Shown: positions 29,517 to 41,929, numbered from the stretch's first letter. The stretch: DNA of 64,000 bases from Thermodesulfovibrionales bacterium (GCA_963715195.1 CAVQRT010000031.1:64001-128000), one strand, 5' to 3'. Numbers and translations: made by a program. Notes: generated from the sequence alone by a model not told the origin.

Positions 29517-30812
29517 TTAGGCAGCTGGCTTTTCAGGCATATTTTCAAGTTTCACTTTGGAAATTCTCTGCCCTACCATCTCTGATATGGTTATCCTTTT
29601 CTCCTCGATATCGACGACATCACCGACCTTGGGGATTTTCTGAAGGCTTGTGAGCAAAAAGCCGCTGAGTGTTTCGTATTCCGGGGATTCAGGGATCTCG
29701 ATATGATGGTCTTCCTTTAAGTCACGTATGCTGATTGATGCATCAACGAGTAATATCCCCCCGCCAAGCTGTATGACAGGACTCTCAATATCGTATTCAT
29801 CCCTGATTTCTCCAACAATTTCTTCGAGGAGATCTTCCATCGTTACGAGGCCTGAAACACCGCCGTATTCATCGATGACCAAAGCCATATGAACCCGCTT
29901 CCTTTGCATCTCTCTGAGGAGATTGCTTATCTTCATGGTCTCAGGAATGAAGAAGGGTGGTTTTATGAGTTTTCTGATATCAACAGTGCCTTTTGCCATG
30001 GCATTGAAGAAGTCCTTGACGTACAAAATTCCTCTGATGTCATTCAGGTCTTTCCCGATTACCGGATAGCGAGAGAACTGTTCTTCGGTGATTACTGTTT
30101 TCATATCATCAACAGGCAGGTTCAGGCTGATCGTCACCATCTGTGTGGTTGGAACCATAACTTCTTTGACTGACATGTCTGTAAATTCAAATACGCTGTG
30201 AATGAGTGCCTGCTCGGTTGGTTCAAATACCCCCTGTTCGCCCCCTTCCCGGATGAGCATCCGGATTTCTTCCTCTGTGATGGCCCTTCCGGTATGAGTT
30301 TTTTTGCCGAATGGTTTCAGCAGGATGTTTGTGCTGTAAGTCAGTATCTGCACAAAGATGAACGCAGTCTTTGAGAAGAGGTGGACGACTTTTGCTGTTT
30401 TCATGCCGATTCGCTCAGGGTTTGTCAGGGCGATGGATTTGGGGATCAGCTCCCCGAAGATGAGAAGGAAATAAGTAATGAAGACCGTCACAACTGCGAT
30501 CGATAGCCCTTCAGCCGATGCCGATATTATTTGTATGGGAACTTCCTGGATGACGGGTTTGATAACCTGAACCGCGGTTGCACCTCCGATGGCCGCGGCA
30601 ATTACTCCGGCGAGCGTGATGCCGATCTGAATTGTTGCAAGAAATCTGTCAGGGTTTTCCTTGAATTGCTGGAGGATGAGTGCGTTCTTGTCGCCTTTTT
30701 CCGCGAGCTGCCGGATCCTGATTCTTCGAGTAGCAACGACGGCTATTTCCGCGGCAGCAAAGAACCCGTTTATGATGATGAAAATGATGATCAGAACGAT
30801 ATCAGACCACAT
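29517..30812 (-). CDS. Hemolysin/CNNM family (DUF21-CBS-CorC) transporter
   Basis: NGFFAAAEIA, FLATIQIGIT, GELIPK, DEYGG, EDLLEEIVGEI. Confidence 0.9.
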   Translation of the reverse strand: MWSDIVLIIIFIIINGFFAAAEIAVVATRRIRIRQLAEKGDKNALILQQFKENPDRFLATIQIGITLAGVIAAAIGGATAVQVIKPVIQEVPIQIISASAEGLSIAVVTVFITYFLLIFGELIPKSIALTNPERIGMKTAKVVHLFSKTAFIFVQILTYSTNILLKPFGKKTHTGRAITEEEIRMLIREGGEQGVFEPTEQALIHSVFEFTDMSVKEVMVPTTQMVTISLNLPVDDMKTVITEEQFSRYPVIGKDLNDIRGILYVKDFFNAMAKGTVDIRKLIKPPFFIPETMKISNLLREMQRKRVHMALVIDEYGGVSGLVTMEDLLEEIVGEIRDEYDIESPVIQLGGGILLVDASISIRDLKEDHHIEIPESPEYETLSGFLLTSLQKIPKVGDVVDIEEKRITISEMVGQRISKVKLENMPEKPAA

Positions 30813-30898
30813 GTTCAGGGAGAAGAAGTTGCAGTTTCCTTTTGAACTGCGAAAAGGCTTCTGTGCAGAGGTAAGTCTGCCTGATACCTATATCACAC

Positions 30899-31034
30899 TG
30901 CATTCCCGCCCGGCGAATCACCTCGGCGACTCGCCTGAGACGAGGATTCTTCTGCACACAAATATATGCAGAAAATAAACGAGGAAAGATTCCGGCTCGT
31001 CCAAAATGACGGCGGGCTCGCAAGCCGGAATGAC
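30899..31034. repeat. REP-like composite palindrome
   Basis: GATTCCGGCT...AGCCGGAATGAC right half as in 142-227; degenerate CATTCCCGC left half. Confidence 0.55.
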
Positions 31035-31186
31035 ACTGTACTAATGCAAATGTCTTGTTTCCATTTTTCAGCAGGGTATGACTTTTCAATATTGGAAATT
31101 GCTTGGGATTTGGAATTTGGGGTTTGGTATTAAATTTGGTATGTGGTGGTTTATCTCTTGATGAACTGTCACTTTCCATAGACGGG

Positions 31187-32263
31187 TTATTTCATGCGGG
31201 CGATGATTGCATCAGCCATCCCCGATGTTGAGGCAGCCGAAGGATCATCGGGCTTTGGTTTGAGGTCGTAGGTAACGTATTTCCCCTCTGCAACGACTGA
31301 CACAACAGCCTGTTCCAGTCTGTCTGCAGCCGTGAACTCGCCTAAATGTCTGAGCATCATCACACCTGAAAGTATCATAGCAAGTGGATTCACTTTGTTC
31401 AACCCTTTATATTTCGGGGCGCTTCCATGAACAGGTTCAAAAACTGCATACTCTTCTCCGAGGTTTGCGCCGGGAGCAACTCCCAACCCGCCGATAAGAC
31501 CCGCTGCCAGGTCGGAAACGATATCTCCGTAAAGATTGGGTAGCACGATCACATCGTAGAGTTCGGGTTTCTGGACAAGCTGCATGCACATGTTATCAAC
31601 AATGCGGTCTTCGAACTCAATATCAGGATACTGTGATGCAATGTTCCGGGAGATTTCCAGGAAGAGTCCGTCCGAATGTTTCATGATGTTCGCCTTATGA
31701 ACAGCGGTGACTTTTTTTCGCTTGTTTTTCTTCGCATATTCAAAGGCATACCGCACAATGCGTTCAGAACCAAAAACGGATATCGGTTTGACGCTTATCC
31801 CTGAATCAGACCTGATGACCTTTCCCGTTAATTCCTGAACCAGTTGAATGACCCTGAAAGCATCCTGCGAGCCCTTTGCAAATTCAATCCCTGCATAGAG
31901 GTCTTCAGTATTTTCCCGAACGATGACAAGGTCGATGTCCTGGAACCGTGTCCTTACACCCTGAAATGTCCTCGATGGTCTCAGGCAGCAATACAGATCC
32001 AGCACCTGCCGCAGGGTCACGTTGACGCTTCTGAACCCTGTTCCAACAGGGGTTGTAACGGGCCCCTTTATCGCGACCTTGTTCTTTCTGATGGAATCAA
32101 TCACCCTCTCCGGCAAGGGTGTGCCTTCTTTTTCAAAAACATCGAGGCCTGCTTTTTGGATATCCCACCGGATAGGTACCCCGGTAGCTTCGAGGACTCT
32201 CTTTGTCGCCCCGGATATTTCCGGCCCTGTGCCGTCTCCCGGAATTAAGGTGATCGTGTACAT
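31187..32263 (-). CDS. Isocitrate/isopropylmalate dehydrogenase family enzyme (probable isocitrate dehydrogenase)
   Basis: [49 protein letters not shown]. Confidence 0.9.
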   Translation of the reverse strand: MYTITLIPGDGTGPEISGATKRVLEATGVPIRWDIQKAGLDVFEKEGTPLPERVIDSIRKNKVAIKGPVTTPVGTGFRSVNVTLRQVLDLYCCLRPSRTFQGVRTRFQDIDLVIVRENTEDLYAGIEFAKGSQDAFRVIQLVQELTGKVIRSDSGISVKPISVFGSERIVRYAFEYAKKNKRKKVTAVHKANIMKHSDGLFLEISRNIASQYPDIEFEDRIVDNMCMQLVQKPELYDVIVLPNLYGDIVSDLAAGLIGGLGVAPGANLGEEYAVFEPVHGSAPKYKGLNKVNPLAMILSGVMMLRHLGEFTAADRLEQAVVSVVAEGKYVTYDLKPKPDDPSAASTSGMADAIIARMK

Positions 32264-33499
32264 TTATATATTTACCGTCAATATTTTTTTTATGACTTCC
32301 GGATAGGTTGCCGCCAGCCTCAGTTCATCATCGGTTAATGGTTTCTGCGTATGCAGGTTTGCGTATTGCACGAGTTCAAGCACTTTCCTTGCCTCATTGT
32401 CATCATGAAAATGGATTCCGAGTTTGTCGTACACATGCCTGAATCCTTTAATGCCGCCGTATTCTCCTGTTGTTATGATTCTCCCCGTTTCGCTCAGTTC
32501 AGGTTCACCTCTCCCGACATCCTCAGGATCATACAGTTCATAATTTCTCCTGTCCTTCAGGGCACCATCAGCATGGATGCCTGATTCATGCGCAAAGGCA
32601 TTCGCCCCTATCCCTGGCTGGATAATCGGAATGGGGATATTGAACGCATAGGAAGCGTATCTCCCGATTTTCCATGCTTTCTTGAGGTCAACATCTTCAT
32701 CGAGGGGGAGTTTGTCTTTCAGACCCTGAGAGAATTTCAGTGCGAGGATTGTTGCAATCAGATCGCAGTTGCCACAGCGCTCGCCATACCCGTTGATCGT
32801 CGTATTGATATAGGAATTAATGCCGACTTCGACCGACCCCTGTGCCCCTGCAATCGAGACAGCCTCAGCCATGCCAAGATCATTGTGGCAGTGCATTTCC
32901 AGGGGAAATTTTGTTGCAAGTGCCAGAGCCTTTGCGCGTTCATAGATTGTTATCGGGTCATCAGTCCCCAGCGTATCGCAGTATCTGAACCGGTCTGCAC
33001 CTGCCTCCTTACCTGCAAGAACGAATTCTATCAGCCTGTCAAGCTCTGTCCTTGAAGCGTCTTCCGCGTTGATGCCAATGGTTTCTGCGCCAAGTCCCTT
33101 CGCTGTCTTGACAGCTTCTACGAGGGATTTGATAATATCTTTAAACGACTTTTTCCCCTGAAACTTTCCTTTGATCATAATCTCAGACGTGGACATAGAG
33201 ATATTCAGATGTTTCAGCTCAGGACAGTTCTTGAAACTCAGCATTACGTCTTCGGGAATCGCCCTGCACCATCCTTCAAGATGAATCCTCTTTATGGCTC
33301 CGAGTTTGACCAGTTCGAGATTGGCATTGATATAGTTTATCTCGTGTTTTAAGGTTGGAAAGCCTATCTCACTCTGATAAATGCCCATTTCGTCCAGATA
33401 GATATTCAACATAGTCTTCGACAGTTTGGGGAGGAGTATCCTTGATGTCTGGACACCGTCCCTGTTCGTCACATCAATCAGGTAAACTTTACTTTTCAT
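32264..33499 (-). CDS. Homocitrate synthase-family enzyme, probable Re-citrate synthase
   Basis: DVTNRDGVQT, HCHNDLG, GERCGN, HESGIH; abuts the idh-like gene. Confidence 0.75.
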   Translation of the reverse strand: MKSKVYLIDVTNRDGVQTSRILLPKLSKTMLNIYLDEMGIYQSEIGFPTLKHEINYINANLELVKLGAIKRIHLEGWCRAIPEDVMLSFKNCPELKHLNISMSTSEIMIKGKFQGKKSFKDIIKSLVEAVKTAKGLGAETIGINAEDASRTELDRLIEFVLAGKEAGADRFRYCDTLGTDDPITIYERAKALALATKFPLEMHCHNDLGMAEAVSIAGAQGSVEVGINSYINTTINGYGERCGNCDLIATILALKFSQGLKDKLPLDEDVDLKKAWKIGRYASYAFNIPIPIIQPGIGANAFAHESGIHADGALKDRRNYELYDPEDVGRGEPELSETGRIITTGEYGGIKGFRHVYDKLGIHFHDDNEARKVLELVQYANLHTQKPLTDDELRLAATYPEVIKKILTVNI

Positions 33500-33755
33500 A
33501 TAATTCTTTGGTCTCTTTCTTAAAATTTCGGTCCCAACATATATGAGAGGGATGAGGATCCCGGCGGAAATTCCTAACAGATCGCACGTAGTAAGAAAAT
33601 CTTTAAAATATGCAAAACACCTTATTATTACCAAAAATGATTGAATATTACAATAATTCCTGCGCAGTCTTGTCCAAAGCATCATTTAAAACTGGAAAAG
33701 AGAGGCACTCTTTGGTAAAATGAATGCCAGTTTTACGGCATATCGGGGGCAACCA

Positions 33756-34496
33756 GTGGATTTTAAGGGACAATTCGGCATTGTTACCGGCGGCACACGC
33801 GGGATAGGAAAGGCGATTGCCGAAAGGCTCGCCCGTAAGGGAGTAAATCTGATTGTTGCAGCGAGAACATCCGCCTCAGCTCAGGACGTGGCAGCTTCAC
33901 TCTCAAAACTCGGTGTTACGGTGATCGGAATGAAACTCGATGTATCGAATGCGGCAGAAGTGGAGCAGGTATTCGAGGCGGCACGGAAGGAGTTTGGCAG
34001 AATCGATATCCTGGTGAACAACGCCGGAATTACAAAAGATGGACTGTTGATGAGAATGAGGGAAGATGCCTGGGACGCCGTCATGGACATCAACTTGAAG
34101 GGAGTTTTCCTTTGCTCAAGGGAAGCCATTAAGGATATGATAAGGCAGCGGTATGGGAGAATTATCAACATTACCTCTGTCGCCGCTTTTATGGGGAATC
34201 CCGGACAGGCAAATTACAGCGCTTCTAAGGCAGGGATTGTTGGTTTTACTAAGACAGTTGCCCGTGAATATGCCGTCAGGGGGATCACTGTTAACGCTGT
34301 TGCCCCGGGCTTTATAGAAACAGCAATGACCGATATTCTTCCCGGCAGTATCAAGGATGAGATGAAGAAGCTGATTCCGCTGGGACGGTTCGGAACTGTT
34401 GATGACGTCGCAGAGGCAGTTATTTTTCTTGCCTCACCTGATGCAGGCTATATTACCGGTCAGGTGATTCATGTGAACGGTGGAATGTATATGTAA
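33756..34496 (+). CDS. fabG: 3-oxoacyl-ACP reductase
   Basis: TGGTRGIG, NNAGITKD, NYSASK, APGFIET. Confidence 0.95.
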   Translation: MDFKGQFGIVTGGTRGIGKAIAERLARKGVNLIVAARTSASAQDVAASLSKLGVTVIGMKLDVSNAAEVEQVFEAARKEFGRIDILVNNAGITKDGLLMRMREDAWDAVMDINLKGVFLCSREAIKDMIRQRYGRIINITSVAAFMGNPGQANYSASKAGIVGFTKTVAREYAVRGITVNAVAPGFIETAMTDILPGSIKDEMKKLIPLGRFGTVDDVAEAVIFLASPDAGYITGQVIHVNGGMYM

Positions 34497-34584
34497 CACG
34501 ATGCGCGATAATGTTGCCATTCTGCATCATGGATCATGCATTATGCATCGTGAATCGTAAAATATGAAATTCGGAGGTGAATGA

Positions 34585-34812
34585 ATGATTGAAGAAAAGG
34601 TTACAGAGATTATTGCAAAACAGCTTGGAGTGAATTCGGCAGAGGTTGTGCCGGAAGCATCTTTTGTTGAAGACCTCGGTGCGGATTCTCTTGATACAGT
34701 GGAACTCGTCATGGCATTTGAAGAGGCCTTTGGTATTGAGATACCGGATGAGGATGCAGAAAAGATTGTCAAAGTCAAAGATGCAATAGAATACATCAAT
34801 AAGAAAAAATAA
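34585..34812 (+). CDS. acpP: Acyl carrier protein
   Basis: [14 protein letters not shown]. Confidence 0.97.
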   Translation: MIEEKVTEIIAKQLGVNSAEVVPEASFVEDLGADSLDTVELVMAFEEAFGIEIPDEDAEKIVKVKDAIEYINKKK

Positions 34813-34835
34813 CCCGAGACCTTCAGGAAATTCAG

Positions 34836-36081
34836 ATGTCTAAACGAAGAGTTGTCGTAACAGGAGTAGGCATGATTACTCCTTTGGGTGTTAGTGCTGA
34901 TGAGAGTTGGGCCGGTCTTATGGAGGGAAGGCCGGGCATAAGGAAAATCACCCAGTTTGATGCCTCTGCATTCCCGACCCAGATTGCCGGTGAAGTTGAC
35001 GGCTTCAACCCCGAAGACTATATTGAATTGAAAGAAATAAAAAAAATGGACCGTTTTATCCATTTTGCTCTTGCTGCCGCGACAATGGCACTGAGAGATT
35101 CCGGGCTGCAAGATTACCGACGAGAATGCAGGGCGGACAGGGGTGATCGTCGGTTCGGGTATGGGCGGGCTGCATGCTATTGAGCATTATCATTCAGTGT
35201 ATCTTGAAAAAGGGCCGAAGAGAATCAGCCCTTTTTTCATCCCCATGCTCATTATCAATCTGGCTTCTGGTCAGATATCGATCAAGTTCGGAGCAAAAGG
35301 CCCAAATTCTGCTGTTGCTACAGCATGTGCAACGGGAAGCCATTCAATCGGTGATGCTTTTAAAATCATTCAACGCGGTGATGCTGATTTCATGATAGCT
35401 GGCGGAACAGAGGCGGTGATAACTCCCCTGGGTATCGGGGGATTTAATGCCATGAAAACACTTTCAATGAGAAATCACGAGCCTGAAAAGGCAAGCAGGC
35501 CGTTTGATATTGACCGGGACGGTTTTATTATGGGGGAAGGGGCCGGAATTTTGATTCTCGAGAATATTGAAAGCGCGATCGAAAGGGGAGCGAGAATTTA
35601 CGCAGAGTTGGCCGGCTATGGCATGACTGCCGATGCATACCACATTACATCCCCTTCACCGGGTGGCGAGGGAGCGGCACGGTGCATGGAGTGCGCACTT
35701 GCAGATGCCGGTATCCATCCTTCAGAGATCCGGTATATCAATGCTCACGGTACGTCCACCAAGTACGGTGATGAACTTGAGACCAATGCAATTAAAACCG
35801 TTTTTGGAGAACATGCATACAAGCTCTGTATCAGTTCGACGAAGTCAATGATGGGGCATCTGCTCGGTGCTGCAGGAGGTGTCGAAGCAGTTATTACCGC
35901 CCTCTCTATTTACCAAGACTGCGTCCCGCCGACTATAAACCTCGATACCCCTGATCCTGAATGCGATCTCGACTACGTCCCCCATACATTGAGAAAGATG
36001 TCAGTGGATTATGCCTTAACGAATTCATTCGGGTTCGGCGGAACAAATGCCTGTCTTGTCCTGAAAAAATTTGCTCCGTAA
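34836..36081 (+). CDS. fabF: Beta-ketoacyl-ACP synthase II; one frameshift (~35110)
   Basis: [39 protein letters not shown] across two ORFs. Confidence 0.93.
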
Positions 36082-36108
36082 CAAATCTGATTTTGTACAG
36101 TCTGCCCA

Positions 36109-36825
36109 ATGGTTGAGAATACGATAACAGCATTGGAAAATATTCTCGGCTATTCGTTCAAAAACAGGCAGATTCTCTTCAATGCCCTGACCCACCGGTC
36201 ATTTTTTCACGAGAATCCCGGCAAAACGGAGGATTACAATGAAAGACTCGAATTTCTGGGCGATTCAGTCCTCGGGTTTGTCATTGTCGAATATCTCTAT
36301 TTATCAGACAGTAGCCTTACGGAATCAATTATGGCAAAGGCCAAATCATATCTCGTGAAAGAATCCGTCCTTTCGGAGGTTGCTGCTTCGCTCTCTCTTG
36401 GAAAATACCTCAGACTGGGAAAGGGAGAGGAATCTACCGGGGGCAGGATGAAAAAGTCTCTCCTCGCTGATGCGATGGAAGCAGTTTTCGGGGCGGTATA
36501 TCTGGATGGTGGTTATGAGAAAGCACGACGGGTCATCCTGGGCCTCTTTCAAAAAAAGGTAGATTCTGTTCTGATATCAGGTGAGTTCCATGATTTCAAG
36601 ACTGAGCTCCAGGAAAAAACCCAGCTGCTTTTTAATAGTATTCCTGAATACAGAACGGTAAGGCAGGAAGGTGAAGAGCACAGGAAGCTCTTTACCGTAG
36701 ATGTATACATCGAAGGGCAAAAGCTTGGCACGGGCTTCGGAAAAAGCAAAAAAGAAGCAGAGACCAACGCCGCCCAAAAAGCACTTTGCCAGCTTCAGAC
36801 ACAGACCGGCAAAGAATCAATTTGA
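36109..36825 (+). CDS. rnc: Ribonuclease III
   Basis: NERLEFLGDSVL and C-terminal dsRBD. Confidence 0.96.
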   Translation: MVENTITALENILGYSFKNRQILFNALTHRSFFHENPGKTEDYNERLEFLGDSVLGFVIVEYLYLSDSSLTESIMAKAKSYLVKESVLSEVAASLSLGKYLRLGKGEESTGGRMKKSLLADAMEAVFGAVYLDGGYEKARRVILGLFQKKVDSVLISGEFHDFKTELQEKTQLLFNSIPEYRTVRQEGEEHRKLFTVDVYIEGQKLGTGFGKSKKEAETNAAQKALCQLQTQTGKESI

Positions 36826-36896
36826 CGATTCCTGCATTTTTTGTTAGCCTTTCTTGAGAGTCTTACATCCTCAAAATACTCACGGAGGTGATTCAG

Positions 36897-37052
36897 ATGG
36901 CAAAGGATCCCGTATGTAATATGACGGTGGATGAACAAAAAGCTGCCGCCACGAGCGTATACAAAGGTACTCCCTATTACTTTTGTGCAAAAATCTGCAA
37001 GGAGAAGTTTGATAAGGATCCCGAGAAATTTGTGGCGAAAGAGAAGAAGTAA
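36897..37052 (+). CDS. YHS-domain small protein (51 aa, not in ORF track)
   Basis: MAKDPVCNMTVDE...YKGTPYYFCAKICKEKFDKDPEKF; RBS GGAGGTG. Confidence 0.9.
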   Translation: MAKDPVCNMTVDEQKAAATSVYKGTPYYFCAKICKEKFDKDPEKFVAKEKK

Positions 37053-37114
37053 GGGGGTGATGAACCGACCGATATCAGGATATCCAATATTCTGAGCATG
37101 TGGTGATTGTGTAG

Positions 37115-37150
37115 AGGTCTCAAAAATCCTGGATTTTTGAGACCTTTTTT
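37115..37150 (+). terminator. Intrinsic terminator between YHS gene and copA
   Basis: AGGTCTCAAAAATC-CTG-GATTTTTGAGACCT followed by T-run. Confidence 0.75.
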
Positions 37151-37166
37151 CTTTAAGGGAGGAAAG

Positions 37167-39575
37167 ATGGAAGTTACAGATCCTGTATGTAAAATGATTA
37201 TCGATGAAAATGATGCCGTAGCCACTTCTTTCTATAAAGGGACGACATATCATTTTTGCACCGAGCACTGCAAAGAGGCCTTTGACAAGGATCCGGAGAT
37301 ATATTTATCAGAGAAGGGCAGTGCTGAGCAGGGGTCCAATCAGGGAACATGTGATGGGTACACATGCCCAATGCACCCTGAGGTAAAACAGGAAAAATTT
37401 GGTTCATGCCCTCGGTGCGGCATGGCACTCGAACCGGTTGCACAGGCATCGTCCCTGAAGACTGAATGGATATGCCCAATGCACCCTGAGGTTTTACAGG
37501 ATACCTCCGGCAGTTGTCCAATCTGCGGAATGGCACTTGAACCAAGGACGGTGATGATTCAAGAGGAAGAGAACCCCGAACTGAGCGACATGAAGCGACG
37601 GTTCATCATAAGCGCTCTGTTCTCATTGCCCGTTGTGTTCATCGCAATGCAGCACATGATTCCGGGGATGTTACTCGATCGACTGATACATCATGATACC
37701 CAGCGATGGGCTGAATTCCTGTTCACCACTCCGGTGGTGCTGTGGTGCGGATGGCCTTTTTTTGTGCGTGGGTGGCAATCGATTGTCAATCGCAGTCCCA
37801 ATATGTTTACCCTGATTGGCCTCGGCGTCATTGTTGCCTATGGATATAGTGTCATCGCAACATTTTTCCCCGGTATCTTCCCTGAATCCTTCAGGCAGGA
37901 AAACGGCACCGTCGGAGTATATTTCGAGGCTGCAGCCGTCATCGTGACTCTTGTCCTGCTCGGGCAGGTTCTTGAACTGAAGGCAAGGGGACAGACCGGT
38001 GCAGCGATACGCGCGCTGTTGGGATTAACCCCTAAAACTGCGAGAAGGCTTAATGAGGATGGTTCTGAAGAGGATATCCCGCTCGAGGACATTAGACCCG
38101 GCGATAGGCTCAGAGTCCGGCCGGGTGAAAAAATCCCCGTGGACGGCACTGTGATCGAGGGATCGAGTTCGGTTGACGAATCCATGATTACCGGCGAACC
38201 GATACCGGTTGAAAAACGGGGTGCAGACCGTGTAATCGGTGCGACAGTCAACAGCACCGGGACGATCATCATGAAAGCTGAGAAAGTGGGTGCAGAAACT
38301 CTCCTGTCACGGATCGTTCAAATGGTGGCTGAAGCGCAGAGAAGCAGGGCACCGATACAGAGACTGGTTGATGTTGTTGCATCGTATTTCGTACAGATTG
38401 TTATTACCGTGGCTCTTGTCACATTTATTCTGTGGATGTTGCTGGGACCTGAACCGCGTTTTGCATTTGCGCTGATCAACGCGGTTTCTGTACTTATCAT
38501 TGCATGTCCTTGCGCACTGGGTCTTGCAACTCCGATGTCGATCATGGTCGCCATGGGGAAAGGAACAACTGCAGGAGTGCTTTTTAAAAATGCCGAAGCC
38601 ATAGAACTCATGAAGAAAATCAATACCCTGGTTATCGATAAGACCGGGACCCTGACCATCGGAAAACCTAAGCTGGTGGCAATTGTTCCGTTCGATCAGT
38701 ATGATGAAAAAACGGTCCTCGCCTATGCTGCAAGTCTAGAAAGGGGCAGTGAACATCCGCTGGCCTCTGCCATCATGGCTGAAGCAGAAGAAAGGAAGAT
38801 CGATCAGATGCATGCTGAAGCGTTTGAAGCGGTGCCGGGGAAAGGTGTCAGGGGGACGGTACAAGGGACTTCCGTCATTCTCGGGAACCTGCATTTGCTA
38901 AACGACATGAATGTCGATGCGAAAAAATATTTACCGGTTGCTGAAAAAATGAGGGCGGACGGACAGACGGTCATGTTTGTTGTTTCGAATAATCATGTCG
39001 CGGGTTTATTGGGGGTTGCTGATCCGATTAAAGAAACGACACCGGAAGCTATCGAACACCTCCACAGAGATGGCTTGAGGATCGTTATGCTGACGGGTGA
39101 TAGCCGTACAACGGCAGAGGCTGTCGCACGAACATTGGGGATTGATGAAGTCATCGCTGAAGTCCTGCCGGATCAAAAAGCTGAGAAAGTAAAGAAATTG
39201 CAGGACGAGGGTTATATCGTTGCAATGGCAGGTGACGGCATTAATGACGCTCCGGCTCTGGCTCAGGCAGACGTTGGTATTGCAATGGGGACGGGAACTG
39301 ATGTGGCGATGGAAAGCGCCGGAGTGACCCTGGTCAAGGGAGACCTGAGAGGCATTGTGCGGGCACGGCTTTTGAGCCGGGCAACCATGCGGAATATCAG
39401 ACAGAATCTTTTTTGGGCCTTTGCTTATAACTCGGTGGGCATCCCCATGGCAGCAGGCATACTCTATCCCTTCTTCGGGATCCTCTTAAGTCCCATGATC
39501 GCCGCCGCTGCAATGAGTTTCAGTTCTGTTTCTGTTATCGGAAATGCTTTGAGGTTGCGCAGGGTAAAGTTGTAA
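37167..39575 (+). CDS. copA: Cu(I)/Ag(I)-type P1B ATPase with YHS and heavy-metal-binding domains
   Basis: DPVC, CPMHP x2, [25 protein letters not shown] and MSFSS motifs. Confidence 0.92.
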   Translation: MEVTDPVCKMIIDENDAVATSFYKGTTYHFCTEHCKEAFDKDPEIYLSEKGSAEQGSNQGTCDGYTCPMHPEVKQEKFGSCPRCGMALEPVAQASSLKTEWICPMHPEVLQDTSGSCPICGMALEPRTVMIQEEENPELSDMKRRFIISALFSLPVVFIAMQHMIPGMLLDRLIHHDTQRWAEFLFTTPVVLWCGWPFFVRGWQSIVNRSPNMFTLIGLGVIVAYGYSVIATFFPGIFPESFRQENGTVGVYFEAAAVIVTLVLLGQVLELKARGQTGAAIRALLGLTPKTARRLNEDGSEEDIPLEDIRPGDRLRVRPGEKIPVDGTVIEGSSSVDESMITGEPIPVEKRGADRVIGATVNSTGTIIMKAEKVGAETLLSRIVQMVAEAQRSRAPIQRLVDVVASYFVQIVITVALVTFILWMLLGPEPRFAFALINAVSVLIIACPCALGLATPMSIMVAMGKGTTAGVLFKNAEAIELMKKINTLVIDKTGTLTIGKPKLVAIVPFDQYDEKTVLAYAASLERGSEHPLASAIMAEAEERKIDQMHAEAFEAVPGKGVRGTVQGTSVILGNLHLLNDMNVDAKKYLPVAEKMRADGQTVMFVVSNNHVAGLLGVADPIKETTPEAIEHLHRDGLRIVMLTGDSRTTAEAVARTLGIDEVIAEVLPDQKAEKVKKLQDEGYIVAMAGDGINDAPALAQADVGIAMGTGTDVAMESAGVTLVKGDLRGIVRARLLSRATMRNIRQNLFWAFAYNSVGIPMAAGILYPFFGILLSPMIAAAAMSFSSVSVIGNALRLRRVKL

Positions 39576-39586
39576 AGACAGAAATG

Positions 39587-40042
39587 TTACTTGTGTTCAA
39601 ATAAAGTTTTTACCTCGTTCATCAGTTCGTTGATATCTTTGAACTGACGGTAAACAGAGGCAAACCTTACATAGGCGACCTTATCGAGTTCCCTGAGAGA
39701 TGACATCACCTCTTCACCAATCCAGGTGCTCTGAATTTCCTTGATGCCCAGTCCGATGAGCTTCTTCTCGATTGTGTCTGTAATGCCCTCGAGCGTTTCC
39801 ATGCCGATCGGTCTTTTTTCACAAGCCTTTTTCAGGCCTGCAAGGACTTTTTCCCGTTCGAAAGGTTCTCTCCGGCTATCCTTCTTGACGACCATGGGAA
39901 TGATATCTTCTACGCGCTCGTATGAGGTAAAACGCTTCGCGCACTTCAGACATTCACGTCTCCGGCGTATTGCGTTTCCCTCCCTGCTCGTGCGGGAGTC
40001 GATAACCTTATCTTCAAGATTTCCGCAGAACGGACACTTCAT
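39587..40042 (-). CDS. nrdR: Transcriptional repressor NrdR
   Basis: MKCPFC, IRRRREC, VAYVRFASVY. Confidence 0.97.
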   Translation of the reverse strand: MKCPFCGNLEDKVIDSRTSREGNAIRRRRECLKCAKRFTSYERVEDIIPMVVKKDSRREPFEREKVLAGLKKACEKRPIGMETLEGITDTIEKKLIGLGIKEIQSTWIGEEVMSSLRELDKVAYVRFASVYRQFKDINELMNEVKTLFEHK

Positions 40043-40242
40043 AGAGGATAAATCCTAAATCCTAATATCGAAATCCTAAACGTTATGACAATATTCAGCA
40101 TAGGACTTTTAGTGACTCAATATTATTATGAGATTACCACGGTCTATGCAACCTCGCAATGACAACGTAACGACTATTGAATGCATTATTTACCGTGAAT
40201 TTCGTGTCTTTCTTAGGATTCAGAATTTCGTGCTTATTCTTG

Positions 40243-41481
40243 TCAGTATATTGGGAACCGGTCGCAGAGCGACTGGACTCTCGTCGAAAAGGATGTCAGT
40301 TCCTCTGCGCCCTTGCGCTTCTCGATGACTGAAGCGATGATATCGGCTATTTCCACCATCTCTGTTTCTGTCATACGCCTTGTTGTGACACAGGGAGTGC
40401 CGAGCCGCAGGCCGCTTGTTATCGTAGGCGGCCTTTCATCATAAGGGATAACGTTTTTATTGACGGTTATCCCGGCTTTCCCAAGAGCTGTTTCAGCATC
40501 TTTTCCGGTGATGTCTTTACTGGTCAAGTCAATAAGCATCATATGATTGTCTGTACCGCCGGAAATAATCCGGAAATCCTTCTTGACGAGCTCTTCCGCA
40601 AGTTTCTTCGCATTCTTTATCACCGAGGACTGATAGTCTCTGAATGAAGGTTCTAACGCTTCTTTCAGCGCAACTGCCTTTGCTGCGATGACATGTACCA
40701 AAGGACCTCCCTGGATACCGGGGAATATCGTCTTGTCTATTGCCCTGGCATATTCAGCCTTGCACATAATCAGGCCGCCTCTGGGTCCTCTCAATGTCTT
40801 ATGGGTTGTTGAAGTGACAAAATCGGCATGCGGTATCGGCGAAGGATGAAGACCTGCTGCGATGAGCCCGGCTATGTGGGCTATGTCTGCCATAAGATAC
40901 GCGCCGGCTTCCTTAGCGATATCAGAGAATATCCTGAAATCTATCGTTCTCGAATATGCGCTTGCACCAACAAGGATCATTTTTGGTCTGTGTTCCAGGG
41001 CAAGCCTTCTCACATCCTCATAATCGATATATCCGGAATCTTTATGAACGCCATAGGATACAGATTTGAACAAAGTCCCTGAAAAGTTAACCGATGCACC
41101 ATGTGACAGGTGTCCTCCATGGCTCAGGCTCATGCTTAATATGGTATCACCCGGTTTAAGGACAGCAAAAAAGACCGCCATGTTGGCCTGCGAACCTGAA
41201 TGGGGCTGGACATTCGCATGCTCAGCACCGAAGAGCTTTATTGCACGCTCTATTGCGAGTGTTTCAACAACGTCTGCGTACTCACATCCGCCATAGTATC
41301 TTTTCCCGGGGTATCCTTCGGCATATTTATTGGTGAAGACCGAACCCAGGACTTCAAGCACCGAAAGGCTTGCATAGTTCTCTGAGGCAATGAGGACAAT
41401 GTTCCTCCGTTCCCGCTCTATCTCCTTCTGTATAGCTTCGAATACTTCCGGATCGGTCACTTTAAGGTTTTCAAATAGCAT
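40243..41481 (-). CDS. glyA: Serine hydroxymethyltransferase
   Basis: [27 protein letters not shown]. Confidence 0.97.
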   Translation of the reverse strand: MLFENLKVTDPEVFEAIQKEIERERRNIVLIASENYASLSVLEVLGSVFTNKYAEGYPGKRYYGGCEYADVVETLAIERAIKLFGAEHANVQPHSGSQANMAVFFAVLKPGDTILSMSLSHGGHLSHGASVNFSGTLFKSVSYGVHKDSGYIDYEDVRRLALEHRPKMILVGASAYSRTIDFRIFSDIAKEAGAYLMADIAHIAGLIAAGLHPSPIPHADFVTSTTHKTLRGPRGGLIMCKAEYARAIDKTIFPGIQGGPLVHVIAAKAVALKEALEPSFRDYQSSVIKNAKKLAEELVKKDFRIISGGTDNHMMLIDLTSKDITGKDAETALGKAGITVNKNVIPYDERPPTITSGLRLGTPCVTTRRMTETEMVEIADIIASVIEKRKGAEELTSFSTRVQSLCDRFPIY

Positions 41482-41929
41482 GTTTTTTAAGACGACCCTC
41501 GATAAGAGATATTTTGACGAGTCTCTGAGCGTGTCTTTCGCCTTCGAAAGGAGTACTGATCCACGTTTTCACAATCTCTTTTGCCAGGTCTCTCCCGACT
41601 ATTCTGCCGCCGAGGACGAGGATGTTTGCATCATTGTGAAGTCTGCTCATCTTTGCCGTGAAGAGCTCGTTGCAGAGAGATGCCCTTATCCCCGGGAATT
41701 TATTTGCTACAATGGACATCCCTATCCCCGTCCCGCAGATGAGGATGCCCCTCCCGGCTTTTTTTGCAGAGACGGCTTGGGAGACTTTCTCGCCAAAATC
41801 CGGGTAATCCACTGATTGCGGCCCATCAGTCCCGTAATCAATACATTCAAGACGGAGTTCATGCAAGAGGGAGATAATCTCTTTTTTCAGTTCGATACCC
41901 GCGTGGTCACAGCCGATTGCAATGGTCAT
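41471..41929 (-). CDS. rpiB: Ribose-5-phosphate isomerase B
   Basis: [19 protein letters not shown]. Confidence 0.95.
   Translation of the reverse strand: MTIAIGCDHAGIELKKEIISLLHELRLECIDYGTDGPQSVDYPDFGEKVSQAVSAKKAGRGILICGTGIGMSIVANKFPGIRASLCNELFTAKMSRLHNDANILVLGGRIVGRDLAKEIVKTWISTPFEGERHAQRLVKISLIEGRLKKHAI

Noticed and set aside
30802..31179. 125-aa ORF upstream of the CNNM gene
   Set aside because: Made of REP-like and heptamer repeats; no protein signal
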